Shown one piece after another: positions 1-13,510 of a stretch of DNA of 64,000 nucleotides. The DNA comes from Tubiluchus corallicola. Its lineage: Eukaryota > Animalia > Priapulida. The stretch is from NCBI GenBank assembly GCA_030141605.1, contig JAQGDQ010000099.1, forward strand, positions 79,194 to 143,193. The letters run 5' to 3'. Numbering within the stretch: position 1 is the stretch's first letter; the number at the start of each line of letters is the position of its first letter. The notes beneath the pieces are model-generated. The model was given only the letters and a program-made list of their open reading frames with translations. It searched no databases and was not told the origin of the DNA. Both the position numbers and the translations under genes were made by a program.

Positions 1-678
1 GCAGAAAAATTCCAACAATGGAAACAGCTCAGACCTAAATTCCTTACAAATATCGCTTTCTGTATAACGCCTGAACACGCGTTATAACTGTATAACTGGC
101 CAAAAACTGTATCACTTTCAGACTCACTCAAGCACACGTATTTTGAACACACCTGTAAGCAGTGTCAGCCCGAGACGAGACGAAAACAAAAAAAAATCAC
201 TCTCACGGGGCGACCTAGATATAAACGTACTGAATAAACTTGGCCTAATCCAATAATTGTACTTTTTCTTTTCACTTTTTCGACTTTTTTTATAGCCACT
301 ATCAACTTCAATGCGTAGTACTAAAGTCTGCCCCGCTGAGACCTCTTCTGAGACTTAGGTAAACTCCTTGACCGATCATTGTGAGTTGTTATTGTAGTGC
401 GTAAACAATATTTGCGGCTGATAAAATCAATATTATGTAATAAGGAATTTAATCAAAATGCGTATAGTTTGTAATTTCTGCTAATGACATTATAACGAAA
501 ACGCCATTTTCTTCAAAGATCTTTGATTAAGGTCAAAGAACTGGTACAAAGCAAACGCTTAGTTCTCTAAAAGGCATCAAGTCGAATGTATTATTCAACA
601 TTTTTGTCCGCTGATGTTAGGAATAAACATAAATTAAATTACCAGTCGATGATAAATTACCTATCTTTGAACATTTAA

Positions 679-900
679 ATGATGGTGGTGACGTTGTTGT
701 TGTTGTTGTTGTTGTTGTTGTTGCTGTTGTTGTCGTCGTCGTCGTCGTTGTTGTTGCTGTTGTTGTTTGTTGCTGTTGTTGTCGTCGTCGTCGTTGTTGT
801 TGTTGTTGATGATCATGATCATGATAATGACGATGACGACAATGATAATAATAATTGTCACGATGTGATGGTGATGATATTCGTTTTGATGATGACTATG
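679..900. repeat. Compound trinucleotide microsatellite (GTT/GTC/GAT)n
   Basis: Directly visible; explains ORFs 661-861 and 679-948. Confidence 0.95.
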
Positions 901-1750
901 ATGAAGAGTATGAGGAGGAGAAGGGGAAGGAGAAAGCGGGGCAAATAGATGACAATTATTAGAAGGTGAAGAAGGAGAAAAACGAAAACGACAGTCATGA
1001 TGATGGTAAAGCTACATTAACTCGATAGTGGTCATCATTACTTATGAACTACTGTTGAAAAAATCTTCCAGTTCTTATAACGTTTGATAAATAGCATGCA
1101 CTTTCTTCTTTGCTATACCAGTTAGTTGAGAGAAAAGGCAGTATTGCTTACGAGCTATTCTAAAAATTATCAATATTTTGAGTTAGTGAGCGTCGGACAT
1201 TGAATCTTTGAAACCTTGCAAGCACCTCCTTTTTTGCAAAATCTTGGAAAATAGCTCTACCCGTCTTATTTTTCTGTTGAGTTAGATATTTCTAGTTAAC
1301 ACTATTGTGTCCCAGTTACATCCACGTCTATAATTATGCCTGCTATATTATTACTGCGTTCAACAAGGCATAAATTAATCTTTGCATATTCTATAAATTC
1401 CATAAACTGCTTAGAATCTTATATGGACGTAGTTGTGGCCTCGTGGATCGCGAGGCGTAGAAGATTCTAGACTAAAACTATATCTATGCCTTCAAAATGT
1501 AACCACAAATATAATAATATAGGTACTTTTATGTGTAGGAATATGTCCATTAATGCAATTTTGTGGTCTGTCTAGTCAATTTGTCGTTTATCTACACCTG
1601 ATGTGGTCTACAGTCAAAAATAAAATATTATTATGGTAATTAAATGCGTAAGTTGTGACGTATTCACGTGTTGTCACTGTCACACAACCAATTAAAATGT
1701 GGTTGTGTCGTGTTTTGTTCAACAATCTCTTCTGTATCTTGTCTACGACT

Positions 1751-2154
1751 CAGGACCTATTTCAGCTTAGGCGAGGCCCGGGGAAGTGAGGCGTGTGAGG
1801 CCCCATCGGGCGGGGGGGGGGGGGCGAGCGCTATCATGGTTGGTGCCCAGAAAATTTTTTAACTAACTGCTAGAACGCCGGAGAAGCATTTTCGAAGAGA
1901 AAATATGGAGTTATACAGTTGTTAAAGGAAAGAACAATTGAAAGAAAAACTGCTTTATTCTCAAGACCTGTCCTTAATACTTGTCAATACTGGCAAACGG
2001 CGCGCGTGCGGCGAGAGAGAGAGAGGAGGGGGGAGAGAGGAGGCAGTATGTTCGCATAAAGCAAAAAAAAAATGTTACCTTGGCGCGAGGTCCCCCTGGA
2101 GGGTGAGACCCCGGGGAAGTATCCCCACTCCCCCCCCCCTTGAAATAGGACCTG
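1751..2154. mobile_element. Non-autonomous hAT-type DNA transposon
   Basis: 14-bp TIRs CAGGACCTATTTCA / TGAAATAGGACCTG (1 mismatch), exact 8-bp TSD CTACGACT at 1743-1750 and 2155-2162, and a GC-rich interior with G/C runs. Confidence 0.88.
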
Positions 2155-3424
2155 CTACGACTAGGCAGTTTTCAACAAGTTGAGGCAACGTTGCATTGTT
2201 TATCATTATTTGTATGTGCCTTGAAATGATTACGTCTTATTATGGTTTTGTATTTTACCAGGCAAAATATTGTTATTTTTCTGGCCATTGTACTAATCAA
2301 GCACTAATCATTGTATTTGTGATGTAGGTAAAAAAAACACACATAAAAACTCGTTAAAAACAAGAAACCTACTAAAATCAGCACCATTAGAAACCAAGGT
2401 CACTTTCTCCCTGGTCTTGCTAGTAAAAAATGGCCCCCATAAACTATAAGACTTTGCATTTATCACTACATGTGATTTATTCGCAATGTAAAAGATGGCT
2501 GACACAGTGTTCCGATTATACACGCGTGCCTAAGGTGATAGACTCACACCAAGGTTTTACCAATCAGTGAACAGCTAGAGGAATTTTTGCCTCAAGTAAG
2601 GTAGCCTCAAAGAAATAAAAATCATCATCTGTACTGTGAGAGAGATAGCACGAATACATGATCAAAATATCTGGCAAGTAATAAATTACTAAAAATTACT
2701 GTGCGTGTGGCTGATTGTAATTAAACACGGTTGATCAGGTAGCCTAGATTACAGGTTTGAGAAAGCAGGTGATGTGGCTGAGTCACAAAGCACACACCTG
2801 AACGACATCTTTATGAAATCATAATGATTTGAAAACAAGATTAGATATGCTCGTGTCATAATCTAGAACGCCCCTTGTAGCTTGGGCTGTGTGCTAAAAG
2901 AAGATGTCTTTTGGATTATTTTATTGCTTTACTCTACGAAGAACATGTATATTATCTATGCGTGCTCATTTCAAATAAAGACAGCCTCACTGAAAGACGC
3001 TATGCGGTTTACGTATGGAAATACCTGGGTGAGGCAAACCCATAATTATACGTGGAGAAAAAAGCATCCAGGCAAAAGTAAAAAGAAGAATTATGGGGTA
3101 ATTTTATGCATGAGTGTTTTTACTATCATCAGTAAAGCCAAGATCGTGCTCATTCTTATCAACCTTATTCTCAAGTGTTAGGCCTTGAAACGTACAGCAC
3201 TTATATAATCAGGCTATTGCCTTGGCTCTCTAGTTGGTTGACTTACGTTTGACATTAGCTTTGACAGATTAGATGAAACGTTGCTTTGCTCCGGATAAAA
3301 CACGTTGAGTAAAGGTGGCAATAGTTGCGGTTAGCTCGACAAATTCCACCAGAAACTAAATTCATGATATGGAGCTTTATTGCTAATTTTGGCCTAAGTG
3401 ATACAAGCTCCTCGGTCCTGAGTT

Positions 3425-3495
3425 GGGTTGCCGAGTGGTTTAGATTTCGGACTGCAACCACGCAGTCTGAGGTTCGAGACTAGCGGCTGCAAATG
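3425..3495 (+). mobile_element. tRNA-derived SINE head / pseudo-tRNA
   Basis: A-box TGCCGAGTGG, anticodon-arm-like GGACTGCAACC, B-box GGTTCGAGACT; the acceptor stem does not pair. Confidence 0.45.
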
Positions 3496-5039
3496 CCAAA
3501 GCACGCACCGCACATGTTATTCATTGTTTGTGTGTTGCGTCTTTACCTATATTGTCGTAAGTATTGTGTAATAATAAGTGTAAGTCGTTAAGTAGCAGTT
3601 GGTGCTAATGTTATCTGTTAAATGAGCGACGGTATGTAAATCTTGTCTTTGTCGTTTTTGCCTTTTTTGACTTCAAACAAGCATCGAAGGAATAACAGTA
3701 AAACGGGCATTAAACTTAATGATGTTTTAACTGCCAAAAATCGTTCTTCTATATCTGCCTTTCAGCAGCTCAGTAACTTTTATCTTTTTTGGAGAAGACC
3801 TAATAGAAATTCAACATTGATCACACGATGACACAAATTCTAAATGTTGTGTGTCATGTCAAATTGTCCATATGTGTTGCACTGGCAATTTAACATAATT
3901 ATTTCTTTATTGTTATTTTACCATTCTTTAAACAGTATCTACGTGCCTTTCACGAGAGATAATAATATTTCGTTTGTGCAGATGCTGTTTTCACTATAAG
4001 GAATTCAGACCCATTTGGTCATTATTCTAGACAAATTTGTGCTTAGTTTTCTTAGTCCAAAAAGTACGAGTCGACAAAGCAAACGTATTGTTCGTTGGTT
4101 GATATAAACGTTGGTTGGTTCGTTGTATAAACATATTTATTTAAATATACAGAAATATAAAATATCAATAATACAACAAGCTGCTTAACTTAAGATTCTT
4201 CTGTATAAGTATAAAAAAATTAATATCCATTTACACCCACTACAGACAGTTAAGATACACTTACAATTATAAAAAGAACACTACCTACTTTTACAAATGA
4301 GCAGTGTGATAAATGAAATAACTGATGTCAATCGGACAGTAATAAGTAGCTTAAAAATGAGCTACAAAAATGATACGATTATCCAGGCATAAATTGAAAA
4401 AGATTAATAACGGTGACATAGTTAAGAGAAAAAACAACCCACACGAACTATTATAGCTAAATTTGCCTTTTCGAAGATATAATGTACATTTGTGATTTAA
4501 GCATAAAGCAAATAATTAACAGAGTCAGGGAGGTCATTAGATCCACAAAACGGACTGGGTTGGCTGGTAGATTAGTTGGTTGGTTCCTTGGATGGTTTGA
4601 CTGGCTGGCTCATTAGTCGGTTGGTTGACTGATTGGTTTGACTGGCTGGCAAGCTGGCTGGCCAATTAGTTGGTTGTGTGGCTATTTCGTTGATAGGTTT
4701 CATGCTTACTTGCTTGGTTGTTTGGTTGATTACCTGAATAGTTTTTCGCTTCTGTTTTAACTAATTTGTATGCTTTTCTACTTTACTAACCGGCTTTTAG
4801 GTACTAATCTTAAGTAGCACGAACAGTGAAAATGGTAGGACGTGACCCCAAGACTATTACACAATCCTGTCTCAAAGTGCACTGCAAATAACTTTGTGTG
4901 TTGAGAAAGCTCAATCCCATTTAGTTGAAAAGGTTCAGTGCTTACGTGATGTTTAGCAACGGGCGTCAGCATCACGCAAGTAAAATTATCAGAGAATTTA
5001 AAGAGAACAAACTATGTGCACTAGATTAAATATTCTCCA

Positions 5040-5695
5040 TGCAAAACTTGAAAACTTGAATATGTTTTAGTTATATAACTTATGTTAATATTTCTAGCTG
5101 TTTTTAGGTCTTTGCTAAACATTTAGCCCACTCTATGCAAAACCAAAATTTTTCTTGTATATAATCGTTCTAATTTTTGTTCTTAACTGTAAAATAATGA
5201 ACTATTTTTGAGATTATTTTGCAGTGAAACTTACAAACAATGTATTATACTCTGAAAAGCTTTAACAAACGTTTTTCTATTTTTAGCTAAATGTCTTTCT
5301 ATCTTACATGTATACCTGGTGATCTTAATGCTATATAAATATTGTTTAATTCAACCACAGTTGTTTCCTAAACTTTGAAAAGCTTTTTTAAACATGTATG
5401 CATGTGTTTAATACATAATTTAGAATCAATTGATTATGACTTAGCAGAAAAAAACTTATTTTAAAGTTTTCAAAATACAAAACATTTTTTTTGTAAGTTT
5501 CATTGGAAAACAATCTCGAAAAAATGTCTGTCATTCTACACTTTGTGCACAATTTCAGCGGTTGCTTGATAGTAAATTCTTGTTTGCGTTTGGCAAGGAT
5601 ATAACAAAAAGATCAGGCGGTGCAATAAAAAATAATAAAAGTTGTACGTTTGAAGGTCATCTCAAACATATAAGACTTTAGTTCAGTTTTCGCCT
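5040..5695. mobile_element. Degenerate long inverted repeat (foldback/MITE)
   Basis: 5205-5282 (TTTTTGAGATTATTTTGCAGTGAAACTTACAAACAATG...) aligns with the reverse complement of 5441-5525 (TTTTTCGAGATTGTTTTCCAATGAAACTTACAAAAAAAATG...); weaker symmetry extends outward. Confidence 0.6.
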
Positions 5696-6183
5696 TGACT
5701 CTGCAAGTGCGACATTTGTATGCTTCTGGTTCGACACCTGCCCTTTTTACTATTAATCAACGGACGGGCGACTGCTCTTTTCGCTATTAATCAGCGAAAG
5801 GGCAACTGTCCCTTTCACTAGTGAGAGCGTAAGATGTCCTTGACTAAACTACTACACCAATGTAGCACAAAAGCGACTGTTACATCTACAATATAATTAT
5901 AGCTAAGTGTTACCCAATATGGTGACAATGTTTCTGTAACCCAAGGCATCAAGTGAAAGTAAAAGCCACTATAAACTCCACTGCTGTATATAACAAGCGC
6001 TTGTGGCAATTCCTGATATAGTTCGAGGCTCAAAAATAGTTTTGCAATACATTTATTAAAAATTGCCTTAAAAGGAAAAATATAATCTTGTTTGTTTGAT
6101 CGTCCGTTGTCTGTCCGTCCGTTTCTTTCTTCCCTACGTTTTCTCTCTATTTCATGTTCCTTTTCTCTTTCTTTTTCTTTACT

Positions 6184-6189
<6 letters not shown>

Positions 6190-6228
<39 letters not shown>
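6190..6228. repeat. (CT)n microsatellite
   Basis: Directly visible. Confidence 0.95.
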
Positions 6229-6234
<6 letters not shown>

Positions 6235-6982
6235 TTCATTCCTTCCTTTAGTGACCGTTTCTTCTGTATTTCTCGTTTCCTTTCTCAATTTCTTTTTTCT
6301 ATTTTGTTTGTTTCTTTACTTGCTTGCATGCTTGTGTGTTTGTTTATTTGTAAGGATATTTCACCAATACCTTAGGGCTTTTTGTGATCATCCAAGGCCA
6401 ATTCATATAAAGCTATCTAGACGTATCTTGTTCCACTAATTTCTGGTCAAGCCTTTGCGAAAGCTCTGGGGGCTGCACTTCCCCGCGAGCCTGAAAAATT
6501 CTGAATTTATTGTTTTGTCAGCAGACATATCACGCTACAAAGCATAAAACTTGCAAAAAAGGTTACAATGGGGTCTAACAAACGTACGTTACACACTGCA
6601 CGTTCATGCTTCCACATATTCCAACCACGTAGAGCCAAGAACCCAGGTCACAACGCCCTTAACTACGTAAGAAATTTGGATATGCTATTGGAATATTAGG
6701 ACCCTGTGTACTAACTCTGTGGGTTTTAGGTGACCTAGAACCGGTTAAGAATTTTTATGCTAAATTGGTATTGTACTGATAAACTATGTAGGCTATGGTT
6801 TGATGATAATGATGGTGATGCAGTGATGGTGTCTGTAATGCTGATGATGATGATAATAATAATAATGATAACTGTGACAGTGACAGTGACAGCGATGACG
6901 CTGATTCTGACAAACTATGATGGTGACAATAATAATGAATAGATCGTTTGACATTAGAGCCCCGGCAGTTATATATTCATAT

Positions 6983-7020
<38 letters not shown>

Positions 7021-7033
7021 AGATGATGATGAT
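6983..7033. repeat. (GAT)n microsatellite
   Basis: Directly visible. Confidence 0.95.
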
Positions 7034-8369
7034 TCATGATTAACGCACAACTGGCGATGACTTTTCACACTAACCCTCTTTTATATCGGGTTTACATTTT
7101 GGAATTAAAAATTTTTCTATATAATTCTTGGACAAAAGTTTGCAGACAGTGCTTACTCATGCACCACACAGTGCCTTCACAGAAAGAAGTTCGGGAAATT
7201 AAATTTCAGCTTAACTATCCGTCAGAGTCGTCTTGTTGTAAACGATTCTATCTTAAAAGTTCCATGATAGGAATTTGCAAAATTTGTTAAGAATCCGGTA
7301 AACTTATTTGCATGTGACATTCACTTGCAAATTTTTATGCTGATGTATGCGCTACATGATACTAAATTATTTATTCAGTCATACTTTTTTCATGCTTGCA
7401 GTTTCGTCTGAAGTCAAGCATTTTTTGTTACTACAGTGTGTGTGTATTTGCATTAACAAGCCGAAGCGGAACTCCACTTTTCTGCATTACACTCTGTTGG
7501 ACAGAATAACTTCACAAGACAATACCTCCTTTTCAGAAAATTTGAAAAAGGAAACAGCAGTTTTGCCTTCTTTACACTTTTCAGTCCGATTTTAGATTGC
7601 GTGGCGAATCGCCTCGTAATTTTAGTTTATGGAAATCAAGCACTGACTCTTTCACTACGCCATTAAGTCTTTATGAAGGCCAGGTTACTGACATTGAAAT
7701 AATAGTGGTATTAAATGTGTGTTGTACTAAATATTTATTCATCTTATGCACGTTCCACTAATATTGACTTATTTACAGAATGCCTTGGTAGATTTAGATA
7801 TCGTCTGTTTTATTGCTGTAGGTGAATTTATTTCAAATCAGTTTATTCACCCTTATGTGTATGGTTAGATATTATTAATTTCATTTTAGCTTAGACGGGT
7901 AATTGTCCAGTATCCACTACTGTCGTGCTTGTCTATGCTCGAAGTGCTAACGATGCCTGACTTCGTAAGTTTAGCTTGTATGCCTTATTACTTGGATGTT
8001 TGGATTATGTCACTTGGCAGCGCAAGGAAGAGTAGTTATCAAACAAATCCGGGTCGCCCCCTTTTTTGGAACGCGGAGAATTGGTTTGAGTGGGTTATCT
8101 TGGCGGCAGAAAAAGGGCAAAAGTGAAAGGGGGTACAAAACTTCACTTAGTTGGTTGGTCAATCCGAGTCGATTGTGATCGTAAGTCGACCAAATAGCTG
8201 TATTTGAGATGTGGCCTTGATATCCACCACCTGACGAGCACCTAGTGTCACCTTAATTCTTTTTAATTCTCTGCTCGTACTGTGTTCTAAAGTGGATAAG
8301 TTAGAAGATACAAGAAATAGGCTAGCCCTCAGAAAAAACGCCTGCATTAAAATTAGTAAGAAAACACGT

Positions 8370-8500
8370 GCTATTAATATTAATAAGAAAAAGTAGTGGA
8401 CCTAGAGTGGTTCCTTGTATTACACTATTGTTTGTGGGCTGCACTTGAGCAGCGTATTTTTGTTATGTACACTACTCCTTTTAAACTAGTAATTTTGTAT
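8370..8500 (-). mobile_element. LINE reverse transcriptase fragment
   Basis: The minus strand reads SVIQGTTLGPLLFLININ, a degenerate form of the non-LTR RT motif GVPQGSxLGPLLFLIYIND. Confidence 0.65.
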
Positions 8501-9479
8501 ATTTTTTAAGTTGCAGATGGCTCAAGTTGCCAGTGGCTCGAGCACAAAATATCAAAACCAGTAACATTATTACTAAGCTCCTGCTAGGAACATTTTTTCT
8601 AGGATCAATTTTCAAACAAAAAGTTTTTACCATGAAAACACTTGTGAACACAACTTTTCTAGTTTGCGCATCTTTCTATCGGTTTTTTTATACTGCTTGA
8701 ATTTTTTGAATTTTTTCAAGCAAATATGAACATGCTTTATTAAAATACGAATTTTGTTAAAAATAAACCACGAAATATTTTAAAACTTGCAACAATTACG
8801 GTGTTTCTACAACAAATCTGCTAATTTTATATAGACTTATAGGTCTCTATAGGCAAATTTAGAAAGTTCTAGCCCAGGCCTGGATATATCTTTCACCTGC
8901 ATTAAAACCGAGCACTCGCGAGAAAAATTGGAGCCTATTTTTGCCAAATACGAATTAAGGAAACACAGTTTTCGTCCTTAATTACGTTCCCCGGCGCCAC
9001 ACACGGAAACAACATCTTTGGTGGGGTGAGACAAAAGCTTCATGACGATAAACAATTTAGGCAAAACGTTTTCTGCGGACACTGCCCTTCATTTCACAAT
9101 CCAAATTGCGTGCGTTATTGCAAACAGAACACAACACTTTCAAGTCTAGACTATAGGATTAATTCATAATAGCCTTTAAATTGAAAACGAAATGTCACGG
9201 ACCTCCGTTACGTTCTGTAGAAACTGCTTTTGCATTCTAGTAATATTCGTGACTGCAGGTTTCAAAACTATAATTTCCACTGTTTCAAGAGCAGTAAATC
9301 GCCTTGTATTCTTTTGGCCTTTATTTATGGCAGTAGCCTCGGTATTTGCATAAGCTTTTGTTGTTGTCAATGCAACGACCCGGTCAAACAACGCTTTAAT
9401 AACCGGTCTGTAAATTATTGATTCAAATACATACCTTTTATTAAGTCGTTTTTTACCGTATGGAGGGGCAGTGAGTAAA

Positions 9480-9583
9480 GAGAAGGACAGAAAAAGAGAA
9501 AGAGAAAGAAAGTGAGAGGGAGAGGCACTAAGCGAGCGAATGATACGAGAAAGAGAGAAATGAGAAAGAGAGAGAAGAGACAG

Positions 9584-9614
<31 letters not shown>

Positions 9615-9659
9615 AAATGAAAGAGAAAAAGAGAAAAAGAGACAGAGAGAGAGGGAGAG

Positions 9660-9731
<72 letters not shown>
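9480..9731. repeat. (GA)n / purine-rich microsatellite
   Basis: Directly visible; the pure GA run is ~9666-9731. Confidence 0.95.
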
Positions 9732-9735
<4 letters not shown>

Positions 9736-9994
9736 CGCAAGAATGTATCAAAAAACGGTTTTTCATAGTGAAACTCCATAAATCAATACACTGGGTTAGC
9801 AGAGATTCTACAGTCTCCCCACGGCCTATGAAAAACCACTGCTAGACACAGTGTTTCTTATCTAATTCTACAGATGTCACCCAACCACTGAATCACTCTT
9901 ACAGCAAACAAAACCACCAAGGTCTCTTTAGAACAATCACACTAAGCAGACTGCAATTACTAAAACAGGCATTTAAGCAGTTAAAAACACCCAC

Positions 9995-10331
9995 CCTTTT
10001 CTAAAATTTCTCTTTCCAAAGCCTCCAACGCATTGATTGACTGTGTGGCAGCAGCAATGGCTATCGCCAGGTCGTCCGACGACACTGGGGTAAGATTAGC
10101 CTCCTCTTCAGGTCGAGACGTTGTGAACACGGGTTCAACCCGGTTTGAACTGACGCGGTTGCCGCGGTTGCCGCGGTCGACTCGATTGAACGGTGTTAAT
10201 TGTAGCCGCGATACACGTCGCACAGCATTACTGTTTTGACTGGAGGAACTGGGGAATCTACTTCCCACTCTGGAGTCCTGGCAGTAAACCAGTGTAAACA
10301 CAGTTGCAAGTATAAGCACCAATCTTCTCAT
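9995..10331 (-). CDS. First coding exon of a secreted protein (signal peptide); possibly the N-terminal region of an invertebrate haem peroxidase; downstream exons not identified
   Basis: Acceptor tttttgcag|GTCAAGATG (exon starts 10337), ATG at 10331, hydrophobic signal peptide MRRLVLILATVFTLVYC|Q, an Arg/Ser/Asn-rich linker, then an amphipathic helix DDLAIAIAAATQSINALEALEREILEK, and a phase-1 donor AAGG|gtgggt at 9995/9994. GC content is higher than the flanks. The family assignment is recalled resemblance only. Confidence 0.7.
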
Positions 10332-13239
10332 CTTGACCTGCAAAAAACAACGAGATTGTTTTTGAAATCAGATAATATGGATAGTACTTAATTTACTTAA
10401 TTATTAGTAATATTAATCGTATTAATACTGATAATAATATTAGTAATAGTAATAATAATAGTAATATAGAGAATTGGTCAGCTGCAAAGAATGAACTAGA
10501 ATCTGTTCCGGAGCACTGAGATCTACTGGGCGGTCACGAAGGTCTGCCTTTTAAGCGAGAAGTCCCTGATTCACATCCAAGTTGTGCCTCAGCTTTTTCA
10601 CATTTCTTCTTTTGAGCCAGTTTGGTTTAAAAAAATCTACTGTTGTTAGTTTATTCCGTCAACTCACAGTGCGAGGAATAAGCAACTTTAATTAGCAAAT
10701 TACTGTCATTTTTCTCGTTGTTTTTCTTTCTTCTTTCGTTATTTTCTTCCTCTGTGATCTCTGCTTTCTTCTTTCCTCCCTCTCCTCTCTCGCTCTTTCT
10801 CTCTCTCTTCTCGCTTTCTCTTGTCGCTCGCTGTCTTGGTCTCCTTCTCTTTCTCTCTCTCTCTCTTTCCGCAAAAACTACTGTTTGCTTAATTTATTGT
10901 CATTTCAATGAAAATTCTCGTCGAATTTTTGTACCCGAGATAAAAATTTGTGTAAAATACTTTTCAAGCTGCCATCACTGTCTCAGAGTGCTAACTGCAG
11001 TACATTTCTGTGTACTGAAAATTGAAACATACAACTAACTCAAGTGTGACCTTGAAATATTTTCCAAAAATGTGACAAATTCGGTATAACTTTTGACGGC
11101 AACTGCCGAAGAATTTTACGCACACACTCGCAAAACAAAAACTTGTGTTATTCAAGAGAAACTTATTTTCATCAATATATCATCAGCTCAGTTCTTGTCA
11201 AGTTAAGCTGCTTTTAACTATCGCATGACAACCTACTTCTGTTGTGGTAGTGAAAATCCATCTAATTTTAACTATTAACGAATACCAATAAGGTCCGATT
11301 GTGAAATGGTCGTACCACGTTGCCCTGCCATTGCACTTAATTATAATACGAGGCATCATTTCAAAAGATAAACTTTTTCTGCAACGATAACTGTTACATT
11401 TTTTTCTATTGCTGGCCACCTTTAGCTTCTGACAGTTGTATTAAATGTTGTTTCAAGGCGTTTCGAAATGATAACATTTCACCATCACTTGATAGCTAAT
11501 AATTACAAAACAAAATACATAACACAAATCGTGCAGATAGCAAACAGAAAGTACAAACTCAAATTTCTTGAATTTTAAATTTGCTACAATGAAATCTCTT
11601 TGTAAGTGCACAACACCACAAAAAGAATCCTACGAACTGTGTTGTTTTACCTTGAGCTTGAATGGAAAATTCTGTTCTGTTACTAAAACAAAGATTGGAA
11701 TTTGGTTTCAGAGATAGAAATGTCTTTAATATAAGACCAAACCATATAAAAACGCCAAGCCTTGCCTATGAATTCTACTCATTACTTGATAGTTAGATGC
11801 TAATACAGGATTTATAAGACCACATTGGAAATAATCAGGACATTTGGCTTAGTATTAGGGGTCATCCTGTGACACTGCTTCTGCTCCGTCCTGCTTCAGC
11901 GTAAAAGTTTAGTACTATTTTTCATTTTTTTAAACTTTCTTGCATCACGATATATAGAACATCAAGAACTTGGTGTAGGTCTACAATATTCTGGATCTAT
12001 GTTTCCCTAATGTTTTAGGCCTAATGTTAAATTAGCGAATTGGCACAAATGCTAATGTCTATGCACCCCATAGTTTTTTTTAAAAAGCGTTGCAATTTTG
12101 TTTATTTTTAAAGACATGTTGAGAATTGTTTATGTGAAACGATTTCATAAATAAAATCAATCAGCCAATCAATGAATCGATACACTTTGCTGTTTGAATT
12201 AAGACGTATCAGCTTAAAAAAATTAATTAACGTGTGGCGCTACCTATCCAACCAACTTTAACAACGTAAGAGTATTTGCAGACACAAACAAAACTGAAGT
12301 TAAAATAGGTAACATTCTTTGACCAATATGTAGGAACTATAACTACTACGAAAAACCGTGGTAGCTATGTATATGTGGTAGCTTCAATTAACAATACAGG
12401 TTTTTTTGTAACAAAAAAATTACATCTCGATGGCAGCATCCAAAACAAAACGAATTCTCACCTTTTGATAAAAAGATCACTAATTATATGAGCAGCTACT
12501 GGCCAAGTTTAGATCCTACATAGTCGAAAATATGGACCTGTGTTAAGATTTATTTTTACGTCGTCTACTTACCGTATTGTTACTGATTAGATTTTTAAAT
12601 AGAAATTCACTGTCTCAAATTAAATCCAGATAAGCATTCTATCCTGACAATATCACGATAATTACTACAATTACGATCACGAATATTGCTATAAAATCAG
12701 CCGATGAAAGTTCTTTGTTAACTTCTGAATTTTGCCATAACACCGCTGCACTGAACGCGTTATCTGCTCTGCCAGGTAAGAAGATGAGACACAGAGGTGC
12801 AAAAATCTGCCACCGAGAAAGAAAGTGAAAATGAGGACCTCTTCAGACATGCACCAGTAGAGACAACGTTACGCCGAAGTAACCCACTTAAACTGCGGCG
12901 GATCCAGACAAACAGGGTGCCAAAGTTAATTACCAAGGCACACATGACGTTTTCCTACACGATAACCTTCATTGAAATAATTCTAATTTTTAGACATAAT
13001 TTTTGTTGTTTTTCAAGGGATCGAAATGCTTGATTATTATAAAAAAACAGTTTTAATGACCCCATGTCAAAGAAATGCCTTCCCAGTAAACAAACATTGC
13101 GTAACTAATTTATTACATCACTAAATGAAGTTCCCTTTCAATAGTCAACTAAAATGTACAGACCCGTTATACGGCCATATCTACATTTCGCTCCAGTTGA
13201 AGCTTCAGAACACCTCTGACACATTCTGACTAATAGGCA

Positions 13240-13510
13240 TTATTCACTTGGTTATTGTACTAAGTTCTTTTTTCGCCAGTCAAATTTTAATTTAACGCAA
13301 AAGTCCAAAATAAAACACAAAAGAAAACGAAAAAAACAGCTGTTACATGAGTAGTTGCTAGCCAACTTTAGATCCTCTGACGGATTCTGATCAACAGGAA
13401 TAATTCGCTTGGTCATTGTACCAAATCTATTTCTCTTTTAAGTCGAAACCAAATTTTAATTTACCACATAAGCTCAAAATAAAACAGAAAAGAAAACAAA
13501 GAAACAGGCA
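13240..13510. repeat. Diverged ~160-bp tandem duplication
   Basis: TTCACTTGGTTATTGTAC...TTTTAATTTAACGC...AAAATAAAACACAAAAGAAAAC is repeated as TTCGCTTGGTCATTGTAC...TTTTAATTTACCAC...AAAATAAAACAGAAAAGAAAAC. Confidence 0.65.

Noticed and set aside
1-34. Possible phase-1 exon GLSCFHCWNFS at the window edge as a continuation of the secreted protein
   Set aside because: Poor polypyrimidine tract and only 11 codons visible; cannot be supported from this window.
661-948. Poly-Q/poly-L ORFs, and similar ER/SL/TDRQ/poly-Y/poly-H ORFs at 5818-6439, 9176-9781, 10692-11038, 25010-25341, 27898-28192, 36056-36467 and 38389-38649
   Set aside because: They are translations of microsatellites, with no splice or homology support.
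3425-3495. Functional tRNA gene (also considered at 10510-10590 and 57029-57110)
   Set aside because: The cloverleaf stems do not pair properly; these are better explained as SINE heads.
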